The notes under the pieces were generated by a model. That model saw nothing but the letters and a program-made list of their open reading frames with translations, did not search any database and was not told the origin of the DNA. A DNA stretch of 64,000 bases from Alphaproteobacteria bacterium (GTDB lineage Bacteria; Pseudomonadota; Alphaproteobacteria; UBA828), in NCBI GenBank assembly GCA_965237415.1, contig CBDEFM010000002.1, forward strand, positions 2,400,001 to 2,464,000, given 5' to 3'. This document shows, in pieces, positions 1-9,499 of this stretch (positions are counted from its first letter, which is position 1; each line of letters starts with the position of its first letter). A program made the translations under genes and the position numbers.

Positions 1-569
1 GCCCGGAAACTCGACATCGTACCCTCCTCGTCGACGAAGAAGGCCGAGTAGATCTCGCTGGTGGCGTCGTCCATGGTCACGATCAGGTCCCACCGGCGGC
101 CCGGCACCCACGCGTGGTGCGAGCCGTCCTGGTGCAGCATCATGCCGGGAAGCGCACGGCGCGGCCGCTTGCGCCGGTGCGCGCCGCGCCGGGGCGCAGC
201 CCGCATGCGCCCACGTGCCTGCAAGGTCAGGCGCACCCAGTTGTAGCTGCGCTCGCAGTCGTGCTCGGCGACCAGCTTCTCGTGGAAGTGCTTGGCCGTG
301 AAGTCCCAGTAGCGGGTGTCGAACAACTCCAGCACCCGCGCCACCTCGTCCGCCGGCGCGCGCCGGGCCGAGACCCGGCCCAGGCGGTGGTCGTAGAGAC
401 CGTCGGCGCCCTCCGCCTCGTAGCGCTCGCGCCAGCGCCGGAAGGTCCGTTCCGACACGCCCAGCACCTCCGCCGCCTCGGCCTGGCTCAACAGCCGTGA
501 CCTGGTCCGCCCATACACCTCCTCGAACTTCATCAATCTCAGTCCCTGTGCCTGCTCCGTCCGACGCAT
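1..569 (-). CDS. ISNCY/IS1202-type DDE transposase, N-terminal part (runs off window)
   Basis: Same frame and start (MRRTEQAQGLR) as 18534..19709; HTH region and HQDGS motif. Confidence 0.88.
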   Translation of the reverse strand, partial: MRRTEQAQGLRLMKFEEVYGRTRSRLLSQAEAAEVLGVSERTFRRWRERYEAEGADGLYDHRLGRVSARRAPADEVARVLELFDTRYWDFTAKHFHEKLVAEHDCERSYNWVRLTLQARGRMRAAPRRGAHRRKRPRRALPGMMLHQDGSHHAWVPGRRWDLIVTMDDATSEIYSAFFVDEEGTMSSFR

Positions 570-652
570 CCAAACCCTCCTTGGTCTGGATGCCTTCTAA
601 AACCGGACAGATCATCTGGTACATAGACCGGACATATCCTGTGTTACCGACA
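1..652 (-). mobile_element. IS1202/IS481-like insertion sequence, left part (truncated by window edge); isoform of the element at 18389..19792
   Basis: 1..652 aligns to 19141..19792 with about 13 substitutions by manual count. Ends in ...GTGTTACCGACA (TGTCGG- on minus) with subterminal TGTCCGGT repeats. Confidence 0.9.
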
Positions 653-675
653 CACCGGGGGCACGCATGCTGTCG

Positions 676-808
676 CTAGTCACCTGAATCTGAAGTTCGC
701 CACATAAAGACAACTATATTGCACGACCACATTCTTCGACAATAGAGCGACTTAGTGTGACGACACTGCCAATTGAAAATGATCTCAACTTCAGTGTCAG
801 GTGACTAG
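676..808. mobile_element. MITE copy 1 (133 bp including both CTAG), inserted in the left IR of the IS
   Basis: 22-bp TIRs CTAGTCACCTGAATCTGAAGTT / AACTTCAGTGTCAGGTGACTAG (2 mismatches); no transposase; identical reverse-complement copy at 39458..39590. Confidence 0.92.
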
Positions 809-877
809 CACATGATGTGTCCGGGTTAGGTAGCACACGAGTTGTCCGGTTTGGTGTCTCCGTGGGGAGGGACCGCG

Positions 878-2062
878 ATGAGCCGGACGACGTTGCTACA
901 GGAACGCAGGATGCAGACGTTTCAGAATGTGCTGGGGCACTGGCAGGCACGGCGCCTGTCTGCGCTGGAGGCGGCGGAGATGCTGGGGATGAGCGAGCGG
1001 AGCTTCCGCCGCTATCGACGACGCTACGAGGAAGAGGGTGTCTACGGCCTCGTCGGCCGCAGGCTCGGCGAGGCGTCTGCGCGCCGCGTGCCGACCGATC
1101 AGGTGACCTGGGTGCTCGACGAGTACCGCACCCGTTACCGGGGCTGGACGGTCAAGCACTTCCACGACCATCTGCGCGACCGCCACGGCTTCGTCTGGAG
1201 CTATACCTGGACCAAGACCGCCCTGCAGCGCGCAGGCCTGGTGTCCAAGGCACCCAGGCGCGGCGCCCACCGCCGCAGGCGCCAGCGCAAGCCCTGCATC
1301 GGCATGATGCTTCATCAGGACGGCTCGCGCCATGAATGGCTTGCTGGCCAGCCCCCGCTCGACCTCATCGTCACCATGGACGACGCCACCAGCGAGATCT
1401 ACTCGGCCTTCCTGGTCGAGGAGGAAGGCACCGCGTCCACCTTCCGCGCGCTCAAGCAGGTGTTCCGCGCCAAGGGCCTGCCCAGCAGCCTCTATACCGA
1501 CCGCGCCAGCCACTACTTCCACACGCCTGAGGCCGGCGGCAAAGTCGCCAAGGATCAACGCACCCAGGTCGGCCGCGCCCTCCACCAGCTCGGCATCGAG
1601 CACATCGCTGCCTATTCGCCCGAGGCCCGCGGCCGCTCCGAGCGCGCCTTCGGCACCCTCCAGGACCGCCTCGTCAAGGAACTGGCGTTGGCGGGGATCG
1701 CAACGGTCGAAGCCGCCGACCGCTTCATCGCAGGCACCTACCTGCCCGACCACAATCGCCGCTTCGCCACCCCGCCCGAACTCGAAGACAGCGCCTTCGT
1801 GCCCCTCGAACACCCCGGCCAGATCGACGACATCCTCTGTCGCCGCACAGACCGCACGGTCGCCCGCGACAACACCGTGCGCTACGAAAGGCGCGTCCTC
1901 CAGATCCCCGCTACCCCGGCCAGACACCACTACGTCAAGGCCACGGTCCGGGTCCATGAGTATCCGGACGGAACCCTCGCCCTCTTCCACGGGCCCCGAT
2001 GCCTCGCCCGCTACACCGCCAACGGCGAGCCCATCGAAACCCCAACCCGGCAGGCCGCGTGA
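878..2062 (+). CDS. ISNCY/IS1202-type DDE transposase
   Basis: N-terminal HTH, HQDGSRHEW, MDDATS, YTDRAS, RGRSERAFGTLQDRL motifs; ATG 878 preceded by GGGGAGG. Confidence 0.93.
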   Translation: MSRTTLLQERRMQTFQNVLGHWQARRLSALEAAEMLGMSERSFRRYRRRYEEEGVYGLVGRRLGEASARRVPTDQVTWVLDEYRTRYRGWTVKHFHDHLRDRHGFVWSYTWTKTALQRAGLVSKAPRRGAHRRRRQRKPCIGMMLHQDGSRHEWLAGQPPLDLIVTMDDATSEIYSAFLVEEEGTASTFRALKQVFRAKGLPSSLYTDRASHYFHTPEAGGKVAKDQRTQVGRALHQLGIEHIAAYSPEARGRSERAFGTLQDRLVKELALAGIATVEAADRFIAGTYLPDHNRRFATPPELEDSAFVPLEHPGQIDDILCRRTDRTVARDNTVRYERRVLQIPATPARHHYVKATVRVHEYPDGTLALFHGPRCLARYTANGEPIETPTRQAA

Positions 2063-2223
2063 GACGCTTCGACGCGACCGGCCGGCGCCCTGTGGACAAG
2101 TGGACAGCCGCGCCGCGCCTGACCACTTCCCCACAGGGCAAACCGCAACAACAGAAGCGGACAAATGATGTGCTACCTAAACCGGACAAATACACTTGCT
2201 AGCGACACCGGGGGCACGCATGC

Positions 2224-2251
2224 TTGACAGGGGGCCGGCGGGTGCTAGGGT
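2224..2251 (+). promoter_or_regulatory. Putative sigma70 promoter of the miaB operon
   Basis: TTGACA (2224-2229), 16-nt spacer, TGcTAGGGT extended -10-like box, about 80 nt upstream of the miaB GTG. Confidence 0.5.
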
Positions 2252-2333
2252 CGGCGACCTGCGAACGGGGTGGGGAGCGGCACGATTGGCGGGCCGCGCG
2301 GCCACCAGCGAGGCCCCGACGCACGGCGAGGCC

Positions 2334-3755
2334 GTGGCGAAAAAGCTTTACGTCAAGACCTTCGGCTGCCAGATGAACGTCTACGACTCTGCCCGCATGG
2401 CGGATGTCCTGGCGCCGCTCGGCTACCGCTCGACGACGGAGATCGAGGACGCCGATCTGGTCGTCCTCAACACCTGCCATATCCGCGAGAAGGCAGCGGA
2501 GAAAGTCTATTCCGAGCTCGGGCGGTTGCGCGCGTTGAAGCAGGCGCGCAAGCAGAGCGGCGGCGAGATGCTGCTCGCCGTTGCCGGCTGCGTCGCGCAG
2601 GCCGAGGGTGACGAGGTCGCAGCGCGTGCGCCCTACGTGGATATCGTCGTGGGCCCCCAGGCCTATCACCGGCTGCCTGCCATGGTGGCCCGCGCGTCCC
2701 GGGCACGCCGTACCGCCGTCGATACCACCATGCCGGCGGAATCGCGGTTCGATCATTTGCCGGAAGAGCTGGCCGGTCGGCAACCGGGGCGGGGGGTCTC
2801 GTCGTTCCTCACGATTCAGGAGGGGTGCGACCGCTTCTGCACCTTCTGCGTCGTGCCCTACACCCGCGGGGCCGAAGATTCGCGTCCCGCCGCTGCGGTC
2901 GAGGCCGAGGCGCGGCGCCTGGTCGCCGCCGGCGCGCGCGAGATCGTGCTGCTCGGCCAGAACGTCAACGCCTATCACGGCGCGGCCGGCGGAGCTGACG
3001 CGGGCGAGCTTGACCTGGCAGGGCTGATCGGCCGCCTGGCCGCGATAGAGGGGCTCGAGCGGCTGCGCTACACCACCTCGCACCCACGCGACATGACGCC
3101 GGCGCTGATCCGCGCTCACGGCGCTGAGCCGAAGCTGATGCCCTTCCTGCATCTGCCGGTGCAGTCGGGATCCGACCGCGTGCTTGCCGCCATGAATCGA
3201 GGCCACACCGCCGATCGGTACCTGCGTCTGGTGGAGACGCTGCGCGCCGAACAGCCTGGGATTGCGCTCTCCAGCGACTTCATTGTGGGCTTCCCCGGCG
3301 AGACCGAGGCGGATTTCGCGGCGACGCTGGCGCTCGTGCGCGAGGTCGAGTACGCGCAGGCCTTCTCGTTCAAGTACAGCCCCCGCCCCGGCACCCCGGC
3401 AGCCGAGCGCGACGATCGCGTTCCAAATGAGGTTGCGGCCGAGCGCTTGAGCCGCTTGCAGCGCTTGCTCGACGATCAGAAGCGGCGCTTCAACGCGAGC
3501 ATGGTGGGGCAGGCGCTCCCGGTCCTGTTCGAGAAGCGCGGCCGCCACGCCGGCCAGGTCGCCGGACGCACGCCGTTCATGCAGTGGCTCCACGTCGACG
3601 GCGACGACGCTTTGATCGGCACCGTCGCCGAGGCGACCGTAATCGAGGCATCGCCCAACGGTCTCGGCGGTGCCCTGGCGGGCTCTGCCGCTGTGCCTGT
3701 CAGGGCGCATGGCGACGGCACCTGCGTGGATGCCATCGGAGGCGTTCCCGCGTGA
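2334..3755 (+). CDS. miaB: tRNA-2-methylthio-N6-dimethylallyladenosine synthase
   Basis: [22 protein letters not shown], radical-SAM [20 protein letters not shown]-like C-terminus; start set at GTG 2334. Confidence 0.96.
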   Translation: MAKKLYVKTFGCQMNVYDSARMADVLAPLGYRSTTEIEDADLVVLNTCHIREKAAEKVYSELGRLRALKQARKQSGGEMLLAVAGCVAQAEGDEVAARAPYVDIVVGPQAYHRLPAMVARASRARRTAVDTTMPAESRFDHLPEELAGRQPGRGVSSFLTIQEGCDRFCTFCVVPYTRGAEDSRPAAAVEAEARRLVAAGAREIVLLGQNVNAYHGAAGGADAGELDLAGLIGRLAAIEGLERLRYTTSHPRDMTPALIRAHGAEPKLMPFLHLPVQSGSDRVLAAMNRGHTADRYLRLVETLRAEQPGIALSSDFIVGFPGETEADFAATLALVREVEYAQAFSFKYSPRPGTPAAERDDRVPNEVAAERLSRLQRLLDDQKRRFNASMVGQALPVLFEKRGRHAGQVAGRTPFMQWLHVDGDDALIGTVAEATVIEASPNGLGGALAGSAAVPVRAHGDGTCVDAIGGVPA

Positions 3756-4813
3756 GTCGTCCCGCACCCGGGGCGCCGGGCGAGGCCGGCGCGCAGATTC
3801 GCTTCGACGACAATACCCTGCTGCCGCTCCTCTTCGGCGACCATGACCGCCATCTGGTGCGGATCGAACATGGGCTGGGCGTGGTCCTGCGCTCTCGCGG
3901 CAACGAGGTCGCGATCAGCGGTCCGCCCTCCTCGGTCGCGGCCACCGAGGCGGTGTTGCGCACACTCTACGACAAGCTGAAACAGGGACTGCCGATGGGT
4001 GGCGGTGAGGTCGAGGGGGCGATCCGCATGGCGATGGGGCCGGGCGCCGGGGGCGCGGCGAGCACGGCCGACGCGCGGGCCGAGCCCGAGTCCGGCCTCG
4101 TCCTCCGCACCCGCAAGCGTCCGGTCAGCCCGCGCTCACCGCGCCAGGCCGATTACGTGCGCGCGATGATGGACAACGATCTGGTGTTCGGGCTCGGCCC
4201 CGCCGGCACCGGCAAGACCTACCTCGCCGTGGCGATGGGGGTCTCGCTCTATCTCGCCGGCCGGGTCGAGCGCATCGTGCTGTCGCGGCCGGCTGTCGAA
4301 GCGGGCGAGCGCCTCGGCTTTCTCCCCGGCGACCTGAAGGACAAGATCGATCCTTATCTCCGCCCGCTCTACGACGCGCTGCACGACATGCTGCCTGCGG
4401 ATTTGGTCGCACGGCGCATAGACTCGGCGGAGATCGAAATCGCGCCACTCGCCTTCATGCGCGGGCGGACGCTCTCCCAAGCCTTCATCATCCTCGACGA
4501 GGCGCAGAACACGACGCCGCTGCAGATGAAGATGTTCCTCACCCGCCTCGGCGAGGGCTCGCGCATGGCCGTCACCGGAGACCTAACGCAAGTGGACCTC
4601 CCGGCCGGGGCCCGCTCGGGCCTCCGCCATGCCGTCTCGACGCTGGAGGGGCTGAGCGAGGTCGAATTCATCCGCTTCGGCACCGCCGACGTCATGCGCC
4701 ATTCCCTGGTGACCCGCATCCTTGAAGCCTATGACGCGGCAATCCCCGACGATGACCGAGATCGAGATCGCGATCAGCCTCCGCGATTCGGCGTGGTCGA
4801 CCGCTCTTCCTGA
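3752..4813 (+). CDS. phoH: PhoH-family ATPase (YbeZ)
   Basis: [42 protein letters not shown]; GTGA overlap with miaB stop. Confidence 0.95.
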   Translation: MSRPAPGAPGEAGAQIRFDDNTLLPLLFGDHDRHLVRIEHGLGVVLRSRGNEVAISGPPSSVAATEAVLRTLYDKLKQGLPMGGGEVEGAIRMAMGPGAGGAASTADARAEPESGLVLRTRKRPVSPRSPRQADYVRAMMDNDLVFGLGPAGTGKTYLAVAMGVSLYLAGRVERIVLSRPAVEAGERLGFLPGDLKDKIDPYLRPLYDALHDMLPADLVARRIDSAEIEIAPLAFMRGRTLSQAFIILDEAQNTTPLQMKMFLTRLGEGSRMAVTGDLTQVDLPAGARSGLRHAVSTLEGLSEVEFIRFGTADVMRHSLVTRILEAYDAAIPDDDRDRDRDQPPRFGVVDRSS

Positions 4814-5246
4814 CGCCGCCGCCGTGGCCCGCCGCGCCGCCGTCGCAGCCCTGGAGGCCGTGGAAGGCCTGCCGGCCTCGGTCGAGCTCGGCGTGGTGCT
4901 TGCGGACGATTCGTTCGTGCGAACGCTCAACCGGACCTACCGGGGGCAGGATCGCGCGACGGACGTTCTTTCCTTCCCGATTCACGAGCAGCCCTGCCAC
5001 GCCGAGCCGCAGGCCGAGCAACCGCTGATGCTTGGCGATGTCGTGCTTGCCCGTGAGACCGTGCAGCGCGACAGCGGGTCCGCCGGCGTGGAACTCGCCG
5101 ATCGGGTAAGCCATCTGGTCGTCCATGGCGTGTTCCATCTGCTCGGCCACGACCACGACGAGCCAGTCGCCGAACGCCGCATGCGCGCACTCGAGTCCCA
5201 AACTCTATTGGCACTTGGCTTATGCGATCCCTACGTTAACCTGTGA
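4752..5246 (+). CDS. ybeY: rRNA maturation endoribonuclease YbeY
   Basis: LNRTYRGQDRATDVLSFP and HLVVHGVFHLLGHDH zinc motif. Confidence 0.95.
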   Translation: MTEIEIAISLRDSAWSTALPDAAAVARRAAVAALEAVEGLPASVELGVVLADDSFVRTLNRTYRGQDRATDVLSFPIHEQPCHAEPQAEQPLMLGDVVLARETVQRDSGSAGVELADRVSHLVVHGVFHLLGHDHDEPVAERRMRALESQTLLALGLCDPYVNL

Positions 5247-5289
5247 GAGTCCGAAATGCCCCGCGGCAGACGATCGCGGAGGCGGAACA

Positions 5290-6216
5290 ATGAGCGCCGA
5301 CGACAAACCTCCATCTAGCGGCGACAGTTCCAGCGGCGACCGAAGCGGGCGGGTTCGCGCGTCGGTCGTGAGCCTCATTGGCAATTGGCTGCGCAAGGGG
5401 CTCGGCCGCGGCAACGGCGTGTCCTGGCGCGAGTCCCTCGGCGAGGTCCTTGCGGAGGAAGAGATCGCCGAGCAGATCAGCCCCCACGAGCGCGACCTGC
5501 TGCGCAACCTTCTCCGCTTCGGCGGGCTGACAGCAGAAGACGCGATGGTGCCCCGCAACGACATCACGGCGGTCGAAATTTCCGCGACCCTCGACGAGGT
5601 CGTCGCCACGATCAAGGAGAAGGGCCATTCGCGTATGCCGCTCTATCGCGGCGATCTGGACGACATCGTCGGCATGATCCACATCCGCGACGTGATGCGC
5701 CATTGGGGCGAGGACGGCTCCTTCGACCTGAACGCAATCCGGCGTGACATCCTGTTCGTGCCCGAATCCATGCCGATCCCCGCGCTGCTCAAGGAAATGC
5801 GCGAGACCCGCCTGCATATGGCGGTGATCGTCGACGAATACGGCGGCACCCACGGCCTGGTCACGATCGAGGATGTGGTGGAGGAAATCGTCGGCGAAAT
5901 CGAGGACGAGCACGACGAGATCGAGGCTCCCGCCCTGATCCATCTCGACGACGGCGCGATGGAGGCGGACGCGCGCGTGCGGGTGGATGAGCTGGAGCGA
6001 CACCTGGCGGTCCGCTTGCTCGACGGTGACGAGGAGGACGCGGTCGACACCCTCGGCGGCCTCGTGTTCACGCTTGCCGAGCGGGTGCCGCGTACGGGCG
6101 AGCGAATCCGCCACCCGGCCGGCCTCACCTTCGACGTCCTGGAGGCCGACCCGCGGCGAATCAAGAGGCTCCGCGTCAGCCGTACCGAATCGCTCCCGGC
6201 GCACGGTCGCCTGTGA
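5290..6216 (+). CDS. corC: CBS-domain / CorC-HlyC family protein
   Basis: MVPRNDI, GHSRMPLY, VDEYGGTHGLVTIEDVVEEIVGEIEDE; canonical position between ybeY and lnt. Confidence 0.9.
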   Translation: MSADDKPPSSGDSSSGDRSGRVRASVVSLIGNWLRKGLGRGNGVSWRESLGEVLAEEEIAEQISPHERDLLRNLLRFGGLTAEDAMVPRNDITAVEISATLDEVVATIKEKGHSRMPLYRGDLDDIVGMIHIRDVMRHWGEDGSFDLNAIRRDILFVPESMPIPALLKEMRETRLHMAVIVDEYGGTHGLVTIEDVVEEIVGEIEDEHDEIEAPALIHLDDGAMEADARVRVDELERHLAVRLLDGDEEDAVDTLGGLVFTLAERVPRTGERIRHPAGLTFDVLEADPRRIKRLRVSRTESLPAHGRL

Positions 6217-7841
6217 ACGGCCCAGGGCGGCCCGCCGCAGCGCGGTTCGCGGCGCTCGCGCGCACGGTCGGCGCTGCGACGGGCTGGCACCGTTCGGCAC
6301 TGGCGGCCGCACTCGGCACCCTCTCGGCAACGGCGCTGCCGCCGGGGCACGCGCTCCCACTGTTGCTGGTCTCGTTCACCGGCTTGGTCTGGTTAATTCA
6401 CGCCAGCCACTCGCCGTGGCGCGCTGCCGTCGCCGGCTGGTGGTTCGGCTTCGCTCATTTTCTCATCGGCCTGTATTGGATCGGCGCCGCGTTTCTGACC
6501 GATCCCTCCCGTTTCGGCTGGCTGATGGCACCGGCGGTAATCGGGCTCTCTGCGTTCTTCGCGCTCTTCCCGGCGCTGGCGGCGTTCGCGGTGCGGCTGA
6601 ACAGATTGCCGATCGCGGGCCGCGTTCTCGCCCTCGCCGTCGCCTGGACCGCCGCAGAGTGGCTGCGCGGCAACATCCTGAGCGGCTTTCCCATGAACCT
6701 GATGGGCACGGTCTGGATGCCGTCGATCGGCATGATCCAGTCCACGGCGCTGTTCGGGGTCTATGGACTCAGCTTCGTGACCGTCCTTGCCGCGGCGGCG
6801 CCTGCGTCATTGGCTGTGCCGCGCGCAGACGAGCGTTCTGGCCGACGGCCCTGGCTGCTGCCCGCCGTCGCGTTCGCGCTGCTGGGGGCAATCTGGGTCG
6901 GCGGGCAGGCGCGCCTCGCGCTGGCGCCCGATCTGGCGCCGACGGAGGTCAACCTGCGCCTGGTGCAGGCCAACGTCGATCAGTCGCGAAAATGGGAGGA
7001 TGGCGCGCGCGAGGCGGCGTTGGCACGGCACGTCGTCCTGTCGCACGAGCCAGGGTTCGACGAGGTCGACATCGTGATCTGGCCGGAGGCGGCGGCAACG
7101 TTCCTCCTGGACGAGAGCAGGACGCTCATGGACTTCGTGTCGCGGGCAGCGCCGCCCGGCGGCCATGTGATTACCGGCGCGCCCCGGCGTACCCGATCGG
7201 CGGGGCGGACGATCGCCTACTGGAACAGCCTCCATGCGCTGACACCGGCGGGCACCATCGTTGCGTCCTACGACAAGCATCATCTGGTGCCGTTCGGGGA
7301 GTACATGCCGCTGCGCGTGATCATCAATTTGCGGGCACTGACCTTCGGCGCGGTCGACAGCTCCTCCGGGCCGGGGCCGCGCACATTGCGGCTGCCGGAC
7401 GTGCCGCCCTTCAGCCCGCTGATCTGCTACGAGGCGATCTTCCCCGGCGAGGTTGTGGCCGACGGCGCGACGCCAAACGAACGGCCGCAATGGCTACTCA
7501 ACGTCACCAACGACGCCTGGTTCGGGCATACGGCCGGGCCCTACCAGCATTTCCAGGCGGCCCGCTTGCGCGCCGTCGAGGAGGGTATGCCGCTCGTTCG
7601 GGCGGCGAACACCGGTATCTCCGCCGTTGTCGACTCGTACGGCCGTGTCGTGGGCCGGCTCGGGCTAGGCGAAGCCGGCGTCCTCGACGCACCGCTGCCG
7701 CCGGCGCTCGAAACACGGACGCCAATGGCCCGGCTGGGGGGCTGGACTCTGGCCATCCTCCTGCTTCTCGCCGCGGCGGTCACGCTCGCCATCGGCGTCC
7801 GGCACCGGTGGGGAGCCAAGCGGCGCGGTCAGGGAGAGTAG
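6213..7841 (+). CDS. lnt: Apolipoprotein N-acyltransferase
   Basis: Multi-TM N-terminus; IWPE, YDKHHLVPFGEY, LICYE, TNDAWFG, RAANTGIS. Confidence 0.95.
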   Translation: MNGPGRPAAARFAALARTVGAATGWHRSALAAALGTLSATALPPGHALPLLLVSFTGLVWLIHASHSPWRAAVAGWWFGFAHFLIGLYWIGAAFLTDPSRFGWLMAPAVIGLSAFFALFPALAAFAVRLNRLPIAGRVLALAVAWTAAEWLRGNILSGFPMNLMGTVWMPSIGMIQSTALFGVYGLSFVTVLAAAAPASLAVPRADERSGRRPWLLPAVAFALLGAIWVGGQARLALAPDLAPTEVNLRLVQANVDQSRKWEDGAREAALARHVVLSHEPGFDEVDIVIWPEAAATFLLDESRTLMDFVSRAAPPGGHVITGAPRRTRSAGRTIAYWNSLHALTPAGTIVASYDKHHLVPFGEYMPLRVIINLRALTFGAVDSSSGPGPRTLRLPDVPPFSPLICYEAIFPGEVVADGATPNERPQWLLNVTNDAWFGHTAGPYQHFQAARLRAVEEGMPLVRAANTGISAVVDSYGRVVGRLGLGEAGVLDAPLPPALETRTPMARLGGWTLAILLLLAAAVTLAIGVRHRWGAKRRGQGE

Positions 7842-8683
7842 GTCCAGGGCGGCTGCCCCCCGCTGATCACGGTTGCCAGGATCAACGCGAACACAACCGC
7901 GGCGAAGGCGTCGCCGCGGTCCAGAATACCGCCGTGACCGGGGATGAGACGGCCCGAGTCATCCGCGCCGATGCGCCGCTTGAGCGCCGATTCCGCGAGA
8001 TCGCCCATCTGCCCCACGATCGAGCCGAGCGCGCCGACGGCAATCAGCAGAGCGAGCGAAGGGCGCTCCGCCACCCAACCGGCGAGCGGCATCAGCCAGC
8101 CGAGCAGGATGCTCGCGCCCACCGCCGCTGCCACGCCGCCGAGCGCGCCCGCCCAGGTCTTGGCCGGGCTGATGCGGGGAGCGAGGCGAGGGCCGCCAAA
8201 TGCGCGCCCGGTGGCATAGGCACACGTATCGCTCGCCCAAACCACGGCGAAGAGCCAGAAGATCGTCGCCCGGCCTGCCGGGTCGTCGCCCCGTAGCGCG
8301 AGCGTTGCGATAACGAGGAAGAGAATGAGTCCGGCCCCCGCCAGACCCGTGGCGCGGGTCCGCAGCGGGCCTCGCTCCACAGCCGCAACGACGAGTGCGG
8401 CTGCGGCGACGGCAGCGGCGGCCGCTGCCACCCCAACCATGGCGAAGAGCCCGCAGGCCGCAGCCAGGCCCGCGATACCGGCCACGCCCGCGGCATCGAC
8501 GGCCGGCTTGGCGAGAAGCCGCCGCAATTCGAGCCAGGCGAAGAGAGCCGCCACCCCCACTGCAGCGATGAAGACCGGCCCACCGAGATAGGCGGCGCCC
8601 AGCGCGGCGGGCGTGAGGACGGCCGCCGAGGCCGCGCGCAGGCCGAGACCGCCTCCGCCGCTGCCCGTCCGCTGGCCCGTCAT
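7829..8683 (-). CDS. cdsA: Phosphatidate cytidylyltransferase
   Basis: VWASDTCAY, PRISPAKTWAG, GDLAESALKR, LIPGHGGILDR. Confidence 0.92.
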   Translation of the reverse strand: MTGQRTGSGGGGLGLRAASAAVLTPAALGAAYLGGPVFIAAVGVAALFAWLELRRLLAKPAVDAAGVAGIAGLAAACGLFAMVGVAAAAAAVAAAALVVAAVERGPLRTRATGLAGAGLILFLVIATLALRGDDPAGRATIFWLFAVVWASDTCAYATGRAFGGPRLAPRISPAKTWAGALGGVAAAVGASILLGWLMPLAGWVAERPSLALLIAVGALGSIVGQMGDLAESALKRRIGADDSGRLIPGHGGILDRGDAFAAVVFALILATVISGGQPPWTYSP

Positions 8684-8946
8684 GCCCGATCCTGCCACAT
8701 CAATGCCACAATCGACCGCTAGATCAGAATACGGGTGACGGTGAAGCGCTTTGTCCCTCCCGCTGTCACCCACACGACCGGTCGATCCTCCAGCTGGGGC
8801 GGTCCTCGAGACCGCCCCAGTTTCTTGTCGGCATCGGCTGCCCGCGCTTCTTCCGCCGACCGCCTCGTCCCTACCCGCGCGTGCCGTTCCGGTACAGCGG
8901 GCGATGGGATAGCATGACGCCCGACTGCCGACCACGGGACAACGCC

Positions 8947-9381
8947 ATGCCGATCACGCCAATTCACCATATCCCTCTCAAGCCGGAATACCGCAGCCCC
9001 TTCAGCGCTGCCTTCGCGGTCGAGAACGCCCGGCTGCTGCTGTTCTCGGGCTGCGGTCCGATTCCGATCTACCACGGACACCCGCACGATCCGATGGCCG
9101 AGGCCGAGTGGCTGGCTGGCGGTATGCGCGAGCAGACCGAGAAGACCTTCGCAAACATCGGCACCATCCTGGAGGCAACGGGGGCGGACTTCTCCCAGAT
9201 CGTCAAGCTCAACATCTATCTCACCGACATGTCGGGGCAGAATGTCGTGAACGAGATCTCCGCCCGTCATTTCGACCCTGCGAACCCGCCGCCGCGGACG
9301 CTCGTCGGCGTGACCGAGCTCGCGCATCCCGGAATGCTGATCGAGATCGAGGGCATAGTGGCGACGCCGCTCGGCGCCTGA
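8947..9381 (+). CDS. RidA/YjgF family protein
   Basis: QIVKLNIYLTD, PPPRTLVGV, IEIEGI. Confidence 0.88.
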   Translation: MPITPIHHIPLKPEYRSPFSAAFAVENARLLLFSGCGPIPIYHGHPHDPMAEAEWLAGGMREQTEKTFANIGTILEATGADFSQIVKLNIYLTDMSGQNVVNEISARHFDPANPPPRTLVGVTELAHPGMLIEIEGIVATPLGA

Positions 9382-9499
9382 GCGGCCCTCCGGCCGTTTG
9401 ATCGGGTCTGCGGGCGGCGGCACAATTAGCAACAAGAAGAAATAGCATCGGCGGAAGACGCGCTCCGTTCGGTGGGCGGACGGAGAACGGGAGGCGGTC

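Larger units (their letters stand above)
671..2207 (+). mobile_element. IS1202/IS481-like insertion sequence (1408 bp once the nested MITE is removed)
   Basis: TGTCGCTAG...CTAGCGACA ends; 16-bp direct repeat CCGGGGGCACGCATGC at 655..670 and 2208..2223. The left IR is restored if 680..808 is removed. Confidence 0.92.

Noticed and set aside
714-950. ORFs read through the MITE (714..950, end of 37279..39552, 39553..39978)
   Set aside because: Chance frames crossing element boundaries.
4752-4813. GAGATC repeats and the phoH/ybeY 62-nt overlap as a frameshift signal
   Set aside because: Explained by overlapping termini of two intact genes.
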